Origin: a virus
IMG/VR virus record: IMGVR_UViG_3300021476_000001
Span: 1 to 64,000 of that record
DNA: 64,000 nucleotides
Direction: 5' to 3' (one strand)
A program made the position numbers and the translations under genes. The notes below the pieces were generated by a model. That model was not told the origin of the DNA and did no database searches. It saw only the letters and a list, made by a program, of their open reading frames with translations. The number at the start of each line of letters is the position of its first letter. Within the stretch, counting starts at the first letter, position 1. Below are positions 46,344 through 51,756 of this stretch, piece after piece.

Positions 46344-46543
46344 TGAGTGTTAATGAAAAAAGTGCAACTAGAGAAAGACCTAGAACACTGAGAAGTGTTG
46401 GTAGAAAACAGATAGGAATTGCTCTGGGTGATAGCCTGGAGAAGCGCATGGAAAGGTTCACGGCCTCTCAAATTATAAAGCCGAATATAAGTCAATTAGT
46501 TCGTGCTGCAATTGATGTATTCCTGCGGCAAAATGATTTTTAG
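46343..46543 (+). CDS. ribbon-helix-helix (CopG/Arc-like) DNA-binding protein
   Basis: RKQIGIALGDSLEKRMERF..ISQLVRAAIDVFLRQ fits the RHH strand-helix-helix pattern. Confidence 0.5.
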   Translation: MSVNEKSATRERPRTLRSVGRKQIGIALGDSLEKRMERFTASQIIKPNISQLVRAAIDVFLRQNDF

Positions 46544-46584
46544 GAACCTACTACAAGTCGCCCAAAACTCAAAGAAAGAGGTGA

Positions 46585-46616
46585 AGTATGAAGGTTGAAG
46601 GCAACATGCGTCATGG
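46585..46616 (+). repeat. gene-start cassette copy 1b
   Basis: agtatgaaggttgaaggcaacatgcgtcatgg. Confidence 0.9.
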
Positions 46617-47091
46617 TCGGGCTGTAAAGCTCGGAACTGTATTAAGTGGAACAATGCAGAATAAAGACCTCATTCCTGCATTCGTGGAAGAGTTGGAGGC
46701 AATTCTCGGTGGAGAGTGTCTAAGAACTCGGGAGATCAAGACTGCATGGTTGTGTGAGGGTTACTTTGAATCAATATATGCGGACTCTGATCTACAAACC
46801 CTCTATGATGAGCTTAATAACTATGCTCCACCACATTGCTACTTTGGAGCACTTGAGGGAGATGGTGCAGACTACGGCTTCTGGCCGTTAAACAGGGCGG
46901 CAGATACAATACCAGAGTTCTTTACAAAATGGCTCCAAGCACTGAGTAGGGAGCAGCTGGAGAATATATACGACTGGTTGGTCGACTGCCACCTTGACCC
47001 AGAGGAGTGTATGAACCGTATAAAGGCTATATATGGTGTCTTACCACCATGCCCAGGTAGTTTTGCTGACTTGAACAGAACACGATTATGA
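46588..47091 (+). CDS. hypothetical protein (167 aa, MKVEGNMRHG N-terminus)
   Basis: RBS agaggtg. Shares its first 10 codons with the 45381 gene, then diverges completely. Confidence 0.5.
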   Translation: MKVEGNMRHGRAVKLGTVLSGTMQNKDLIPAFVEELEAILGGECLRTREIKTAWLCEGYFESIYADSDLQTLYDELNNYAPPHCYFGALEGDGADYGFWPLNRAADTIPEFFTKWLQALSREQLENIYDWLVDCHLDPEECMNRIKAIYGVLPPCPGSFADLNRTRL

Positions 47092-47136
47092 CCGCGACTA
47101 GCGAAGTTGTAGGGATTGACCGACTGTACAATTGAA

Positions 47137-47174
47137 GCGTTAGGTAAGGAATTATCTTCCCTAGCGCTTTTTTT
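47137..47174 (+). terminator. rho-independent terminator
   Basis: Imperfect hairpin gcgttaggtaagga / tcttccctagcgc, followed by a T7 run (47168-47174). Confidence 0.6.
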
Positions 47175-47218
47175 ACTGCTAGGGTAGAACAGATAGGTTA
47201 GAAACAGGGAGGATACTA

Positions 47219-47428
47219 ATGACGAAACAACTAGAGTGCCGCGTGGTGATTACGAACCGCCAAGATGGCAGGTTCGACCTGGGAATGTACAACCCACTTA
47301 ACTGTAGGTATGAGCCGCTTGGTACACATCCAAACTTAGATAGAGATAAGATAATACGTGGCTTAAAAGAACGGATTGAGAGAGAGAGACACCTATTAAC
47401 CTTTTCGGAGGTGAGTGCACCGCGATGA
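47219..47428 (+). CDS. hypothetical small protein
   Basis: RBS cagggagg lies upstream of ATG 47219. Confidence 0.5.
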   Translation: MTKQLECRVVITNRQDGRFDLGMYNPLNCRYEPLGTHPNLDRDKIIRGLKERIERERHLLTFSEVSAPR

Positions 47429-47447
47429 AGAAGAAAAGGGTGATAAC

Positions 47448-47762
47448 ATGATATGCCCTCAGTGTTATGGACGTGGAGTGATGGAGAACTGTATACAGTA
47501 TCAACCGTGCCCACTTTGTAGTGGGTTCGGTGTAGTGCTCTGCTGTGAGGGTATGCAGAGCCAGCCCAACTATACTGAATTGGAGGTAACTATGTCAGTG
47601 TCAAGAAGTAGGCACAGGAGACAACAGCAGAGACTTAAGAAGCAGCGTGCCAAAGAAGAGGAAGACCTACAATTGATAGGAGGAGTAATACAGAGCCATG
47701 CCAGTGTCAAACTACAACCGCGAAGAGAGCGGAGGCCGAGGAAGCAGCTCAAGGCAGGATGA
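47448..47762 (+). CDS. DnaJ-type zinc-finger (CxxCxGxG x2) small basic protein
   Basis: MICPQCYGRGV..CPLCSGFGV, followed by an Arg/Lys/Gln-rich tail. ATG 47448 (the listed start 47415 is a GTG). Confidence 0.5.
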   Translation: MICPQCYGRGVMENCIQYQPCPLCSGFGVVLCCEGMQSQPNYTELEVTMSVSRSRHRRQQQRLKKQRAKEEEDLQLIGGVIQSHASVKLQPRRERRPRKQLKAG

Positions 47763-48339
47763 CACACTTGGGACGAGTGGTAGCACGGCGGAGTCTAGTA
47801 GAGGTAACTTAGAGGGTCTATCACATAGCCAGCGTAGAAACTTGAGGCAGAAACTCAAGGCACAGTATGCTAGGATACGCGAAGACGCACAGCTGGCAGG
47901 AGTGATAGAGACTACGCCGCAGGGGGCCGCTCGGAATGAAGTTGTAGACCCTCGTCTACAAGGGTGCCAGCAACTGCCAGAGTTGATACGTCAAGCTCTG
48001 AAAGAGTGTTGGGCAGTGCCAGATAGTGCTAAGCCAGGGATAATAGGGGCGCTGTTAGAGCCATTCTTCTCCAATGATATAGTGTTGGATAAGGATGGAA
48101 ACCAGGTAAGAGTGGCACCTAGTAGGACTCTATTGATAGAACTTGCCAGAACATTAAAGATGCTAGACCAGACGCAGTTCGAGCGAGATCATCCTGAACT
48201 GGCAGCAAAAGCTAGGGGTGGCGGAAGTATATCGGTTAATAACAACATACAAGCTGCGCTAGTGCTACGGGGGATGATAGAGAAGGGGGAACTGGGAGGG
48301 GTGGTAGAACACTTGAAAGGAGAGACTGTACATGATTAA
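47698..48339 (+). CDS. hypothetical protein
   Basis: ATG 47698 (MPVSNYN). Overlaps the previous gene by 65 nt, so start confidence is modest. Confidence 0.45.
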   Translation: MPVSNYNREESGGRGSSSRQDDTLGTSGSTAESSRGNLEGLSHSQRRNLRQKLKAQYARIREDAQLAGVIETTPQGAARNEVVDPRLQGCQQLPELIRQALKECWAVPDSAKPGIIGALLEPFFSNDIVLDKDGNQVRVAPSRTLLIELARTLKMLDQTQFERDHPELAAKARGGGSISVNNNIQAALVLRGMIEKGELGGVVEHLKGETVHD

Positions 48340-48583
48340 AACAACACAGTGTAATGTGACATCGTTTTTGTGTCCGGCGTGTGGTCGGCCAGGTTTAACA
48401 ATAGCTATGGCTAGTAATTGGTTTGGCAGTTGGATGTGTCGTATGTGTGGTGCCAGTGGGTCATACCCACCTGCGCTGAGTTGTAAAGAGGGCGAACTGA
48501 GGAAAGTGGTGGAGCCGGCGTCCGGGCCAAGCGAGAGAGTAATAGGAAGTGATAGAAACGAAAAAACCCCACCAGGTTTTTAA
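48332..48583 (+). CDS. small zinc-ribbon protein
   Basis: Contains CPACGRPG..CRMCGASG. Last gene of the rightward block. Confidence 0.45.
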   Translation: MIKTTQCNVTSFLCPACGRPGLTIAMASNWFGSWMCRMCGASGSYPPALSCKEGELRKVVEPASGPSERVIGSDRNEKTPPGF

Positions 48584-48594
48584 GTCTGGTGGGG
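48561..48594 (-). terminator. rho-independent terminator for the leftward genes (at the convergence point)
   Basis: Stem ccccaccag (48567-48575) / ctggtgggg (48586-48594). On the minus strand it is followed by TTTTTT (complement of 48561-48566). Confidence 0.6.
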
Positions 48595-48602
48595 TTATGT
48601 GG

Positions 48603-48836
48603 TTACATAGCTCGCTCAATACACTCCCCGTCTTCAAACGTCCATGTCTGTTTGACTGGAGTTTCATTACACCATTGGCCGTGCGTGGCACACCACCAAA
48701 CTCGGTAGGGTGCTCTATCAGGCCAGATCATTTGTGGGCTCCGTTGCATTTCGCAGTCTGCGGTGTGGCGGTCACTGAATCCATGCCTTGGTGCGATCCC
48801 AGTCTCTAGCAGTCCAAGTTCTCGGGGATGGTACAT
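48603..48836 (-). CDS. hypothetical small Cys/Trp-rich protein
   Basis: RBS aaggaga lies 5 nt upstream of the ATG (48836). The terminator lies immediately downstream. Confidence 0.5.
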   Translation of the reverse strand: MYHPRELGLLETGIAPRHGFSDRHTADCEMQRSPQMIWPDRAPYRVWWCATHGQWCNETPVKQTWTFEDGECIERAM

Positions 48837-48868
48837 TGCAGTCTCCTTCTGATAGAAGTGGTGGACAG

Positions 48869-48902
48869 AAAAAAACCCTGCCTAGTGGTATACTAGGCAG
48901 GG
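48869..48902 (-). terminator. rho-independent terminator (minus strand)
   Basis: Stem ccctgcctag (48876-48885) / ctaggcaggg (48893-48902), followed by T7 on the minus strand (A-run 48869-48875). Confidence 0.65.
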
Positions 48903-48911
48903 TTCGTGATG

Positions 48912-49448
48912 CTACACAGCGTCTTGCTCATCCGTACTAGGTGTGGTAACACTCTTTTTGCTGTTCTTGAGAGCTTCCTTCTCCTCGGCCCTCCGGATGT
49001 TCTCGGCGAGTTTTTCCTCGTCGGTCATTGGGCGGACGTCACGGACCACCAAGCCCCCTTTAGGGAACTTGTTCCCATTTTCGTCCTTGCGGAAAATTTT
49101 ACCGAAAAGGTAGCGACGCCGCAGGGCAGTGCGGATCTTCGGCGGCATTCCATCAACCGGGACATTGTAGTGCCGTTTGACAGTCTCTTTGCCGTCAAGC
49201 ACGCTCCCCTTGTCGTTCTCTGGTCCCTCGGACCGTCTGAGAATGATGCCAACCGAGTTGCTGGCTTTGGCAAACCACTCGTCCCAAGGGTATTTTGTAC
49301 CCCCAAATTTGCCGGTACCAACCAGACCAGTGCAGTTTTCTGGTGCAGTCTCCACGTCGTTCTCTACCAACTGAACTGGTTCTGCCGGCTGAACTGGTTC
49401 AGTCGGTTGAACTGGTTCTGCCGACTTGACTGGAGCTTTCTTAGCCAT
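48912..49448 (-). CDS. KYPWDEWF-family protein with N-terminal (A/T)EPVQP repeats
   Basis: ATG at 49448 (MAKKAPVK) is preceded by ggaga. The listed ORF extends to 49547 without an RBS. Contains GTKYPWDEWF and KIFRKDENG. The mirror + strand ORF 48906..49541 is rejected. Confidence 0.55.
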   Translation of the reverse strand: MAKKAPVKSAEPVQPTEPVQPAEPVQLVENDVETAPENCTGLVGTGKFGGTKYPWDEWFAKASNSVGIILRRSEGPENDKGSVLDGKETVKRHYNVPVDGMPPKIRTALRRRYLFGKIFRKDENGNKFPKGGLVVRDVRPMTDEEKLAENIRRAEEKEALKNSKKSVTTPSTDEQDAV

Positions 49449-49540
49449 GACACAGTCTCCGAATATCTGCTCGACCGTGCAGTGCCTACACGCGAAAGTG
49501 CGAGAGGTATCACACGGTTTTGCATCCACAGAAATGTTTA

Positions 49541-49566
49541 GAACCAATGGGCAGGGGAAGTGGCTC
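49541..49566. repeat. left arm of 26-bp imperfect inverted repeat
   Basis: The reverse complement of gaaccaatgggcaggggaagtggctc matches 49874-49899 at 22 of 26 positions. Confidence 0.85.
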
Positions 49567-49601
49567 GACTTGTAAGAAGTTTTTATTCTAGTAAGGTGCG
49601 T

Positions 49602-49808
49602 CTAGTCTCGGATTTCAAGGCGAGGAGCGGGAATCCATGCGCTCTTAAAACTCTTGCTGTGTACTAGACAGTAGAGTGCATCGTTTGCATCGTACATGGT
49701 GTCCACGACGATGCCAGTCATGCCATTCTGCGGATCATCTGTGTGGATGCGTCGTACAGTTTTGCCCATCCACAATGAGGAGATCCATGCGTTTCCAGGG
49801 TGTGGCAT
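49602..49808 (-). CDS. hypothetical small protein (68 aa) flanked by the inverted repeats
   Basis: RBS ggaga lies 8 nt upstream of the ATG (49808). Sequence starts MPHPGNAW. Confidence 0.5.
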   Translation of the reverse strand: MPHPGNAWISSLWMGKTVRRIHTDDPQNGMTGIVVDTMYDANDALYCLVHSKSFKSAWIPAPRLEIRD

Positions 49809-49873
49809 TGGGGGTTCTCCATTTTGTAAGGGGTTAGACTTCTAGGGACTCAATGGAAGTCTCCATTCTAGTG

Positions 49874-49899
49874 GAGCCACTTCCCGCGACCATTGGTTC
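49874..49899. repeat. right arm of 26-bp imperfect inverted repeat
   Basis: gagccacttcccgcgaccattggttc. Confidence 0.85.
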
Positions 49900-50267
49900 T
49901 AGCGTGCGTATCGTTCCATTGTGCGAGACTAGGTGTTAGCCAGTCTGGACTAATGGAGCGTACCTAAATTGTCAAAGAGCCACCATCCGGTCATAGACCG
50001 GGATTACCCTACACGAGCACGGGGCGATTGGGCCGATTGCACTCCCCATGTCTATCGGGTAATCAAGTTCAAGGGGGACTTTGGGGGTCGAACCCGTTGG
50101 GGATGCTGTACCCCAGCCCATCACAGCCTGTGACCCTGTGCTGTGCTGCTAGTCCCACGTCCACCATAGCCCGGTATTGCGGTGGGGCTAGGCATTCGCC
50201 TGTTCCCTCCGCCGCATTGCCAATACCATATGCAACGCCCATGCCAATCCATTGGCATGGCGAGGAT

Positions 50268-50291
50268 ACCGCATTCCTGATGCGGTTTTTT
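50268..50291 (+). terminator. terminator-like hairpin + T-run inside the non-coding region
   Basis: accgcat-tcctg-atgcggt followed by ttttt. It is preceded by the perfect hairpin ccatgccaat-cc-attggcatgg (50239-50260). Confidence 0.4.
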
Positions 50292-50400
50292 AACCTTGGG
50301 GATCTAGCCCCCTACCATGCCGCCCATGCGAGTGTAGCATACCACGTCAGGCGCTCCGTATGATTTTGCATTTCCCGTAGCATTTCGCTACTCCCCACGT

Positions 50401-50428
50401 TTGTATAGCGTATCATTTCTGCTACAAT
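50401..50428 (+). promoter_or_regulatory. weak sigma70-like promoter candidate
   Basis: ttgtat, a 16-nt spacer, then tacaat. It reads into the CCATG array. Confidence 0.25.
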
Positions 50429-50798
50429 GCACACCCATCCATGACCATGCACCCATGTACCATTGACTATGCCATGCCCGTAATGCGTCCACGATTGCGA
50501 ATGCCGCGTCCTGGCCATGCCAGGCTACCCATGTACCAACCATGCCACCCATGCGGCCTAGCGGCCGTGCCAGACCGATCCGTGGCCATGCCTGGCCGCG
50601 TACCTAGCCGCTACGCCCGCCTCTACCTACCCATGTCTATAGGGTCACCTAACTCCTCTAGCTAGACAGCACTAAGTCTTCTAGTTCGCCTAGCCTAGCC
50701 TAATCCCTACCCATACCTCCTACCCATGCAGTCACCCGGTCTGCCTAGTGCGCCCGAAGCGTGTTGTGCGGAGAGTCAAGGGGGTGTATGGGACCCGC

Positions 50799-50947
50799 CT
50801 ACTTTTACACTCAACATATCTCCCGTCTATAGAGTTATAACGAAAACTACTTCTACACTCAACACACCTACACCCCTCTAAGTTATAACTAAACACACTA
50901 CTCCTAAGTTATAACACATCACAGTAGCAGCGCTGTAGAGTTATAAC
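50799..50947. repeat. iteron-like repeats: two ~43-bp units plus four AGTTATAAC boxes
   Basis: ctacttttacactcaacatatct (50799-50821) matches ctacttctacactcaacacacct (50847-50869) at 20 of 23 positions. AGTTATAAC occurs at 50833, 50881, 50907 and 50939. Confidence 0.85.
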
Positions 50948-51023
50948 CCTACCCCCATTAAACTCTTTGAGGAAAGAGTAGTATTGCAGCCACAGCACCG
51001 TTTAAGTTAGTATATAGCAACTC

Positions 51024-51040
51024 AAAAAAAAAAATTTTTT
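51024..51040. repeat. A11T6 homopolymer junction
   Basis: caaaaaaaaaaattttttc. Confidence 0.9.
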
Positions 51041-51193
51041 CTTAACCCAGCGCTCCTAACCGAGTTATACTAGACGTAGGCTCAATTGCAACCGCAGGAC
51101 ACTTAAGTTCGCTAATATGTCGACTAAGTGAAACCGGCTTAGAAAAGTGCAAAAGAGAAGAAAAAGACATCAATGCAATAACTGTGCGATACT

Positions 51194-51220
51194 CTACTAC
51201 TACTACTACTACTACTACTA
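51194..51220. repeat. (CTA)9 trinucleotide microsatellite
   Basis: Nine perfect tandem cta units, 37 nt upstream of ATG 51257. Confidence 0.95.
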
Positions 51221-51256
51221 TAGAGGCAAGACTGCAAGAGTGGAGACTTTAAGGTT

Positions 51257-51487
51257 ATGTATATATTACAGAGAAAACAACGAGGTAACCCACTCATAAG
51301 AGGTCAATGGTTTCTAAACCAACTTGCCGAGGTAAAAGTGACTTGTCCTGCCTGTGGAGGATTAGGGGATCTGAACGACCACCAGATAGCTTTGATCGGA
51401 ACTGGTGATGGGGTAGTCACACCCTCCGTGCAATGCGAGTGTGGCTTCCATGACGAAGTTGTATTAAAGAACTGGAGCCTAGAATGA
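51257..51487 (+). CDS. small zinc-ribbon protein
   Basis: Contains CPACGGLG..CECG. First ORF of the late rightward operon. Confidence 0.45.
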   Translation: MYILQRKQRGNPLIRGQWFLNQLAEVKVTCPACGGLGDLNDHQIALIGTGDGVVTPSVQCECGFHDEVVLKNWSLE

Positions 51488-51633
51488 AGAAGAGGATATG
51501 GGCACGTGTACCTGAACCAGAATGGGTTCAATGGTGGGATTGGGCGTTACTATTAGGCTACTTACTCTTTGGGGTTCTTATTGTCTTGCCACTTAGCCTT
51601 CTGTTTAATAGGGACATCATTAGTGAGGATTAA
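51484..51633 (+). CDS. small single-pass membrane protein (49 aa, below the ORF-track cutoff)
   Basis: ATG 51484 overlaps the upstream stop (ATGA). Encodes MKKRIWARVPEPEWVQWWDWALLLGYLLFGVLIVLPLSLLFNRDIISED with one hydrophobic helix. Confidence 0.35.
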   Translation: MKKRIWARVPEPEWVQWWDWALLLGYLLFGVLIVLPLSLLFNRDIISED

Positions 51634-51756
51634 GCGCTATTGAAATCCGTTAGCGCTTAAAGCTATAGAGTCCTAAGTTATGCACTTATCTATACAGATA
51701 CTACCTATAGGTATTCCTAGCGCAAAACACGCTTTACCAATGACCGGAACAGCTCT

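Larger units (their letters stand above)
50239..50732 (+). repeat. oriented array of CCATG(C/T) motifs in GC-rich DNA
   Basis: By hand count there are 15 plus-strand CCATG copies between 50045 and 50732, 12 of them within 50316-50640, and only one on the minus strand. Confidence 0.8.
49809..51256. other. ~1.45 kb gene-free regulatory, origin or packaging-type region
   Basis: No ORF has an RBS or plausible composition. The region is dense in short repeats, hairpins and homopolymer and microsatellite tracts. It separates the leftward genes from the rightward late operon. Confidence 0.7.

Noticed and set aside
34358-47700. Striking excess of genes starting ATG-CC (Met-Pro), several as MPV(S/A)N.. 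(34358, 36888, 38378, 40748, 43076, 44366, 45866, 47698 and others)
   Set aside because: This is most simply a preferred translation-initiation context or N-terminal processing preference of this phage and host. It was useful for choosing start codons but is not evidence of a shared domain or system.
48906-49541. 211-aa plus-strand ORF mirroring the minus-strand ORF 48912..49547
   Set aside because: Only the minus-strand frame has an RBS-preceded ATG (49448), a downstream intrinsic terminator (48869-48902) and a motif shared with two other proteins. The plus-strand frame is a shadow ORF in GC-rich DNA.
50076-50100. tRNA-like fragment or attP core (gactttgggggtcgaacccgttgggg); the 14-mer gactttgggggtcg also occurs at 36616-36629
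   Set aside because: It does not fold into a T arm plus acceptor stem, and no integrase or excisionase gene is present in the window. A single 14-mer repeat could be chance or a shared small hairpin, so evidence for an attachment site is insufficient.
50028-50665. Three overlapping ORFs (50028..50363 +, 50312..50518 -, 50441..50665 +) in the GC-rich tract
   Set aside because: None has a Shine-Dalgarno sequence. They overlap each other on both strands. Their Pro/Arg/Ala/His/Met-rich translations are what the CCATG repeats and GC-rich composition would produce by chance. I treat the region as non-coding.
50799-51220. Possible CRISPR array, given the many short repeats
   Set aside because: The repeats are 9-23 bp, irregularly spaced and of several unrelated types. 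There is no regular repeat-spacer periodicity of 25-40 bp units and no cas genes.
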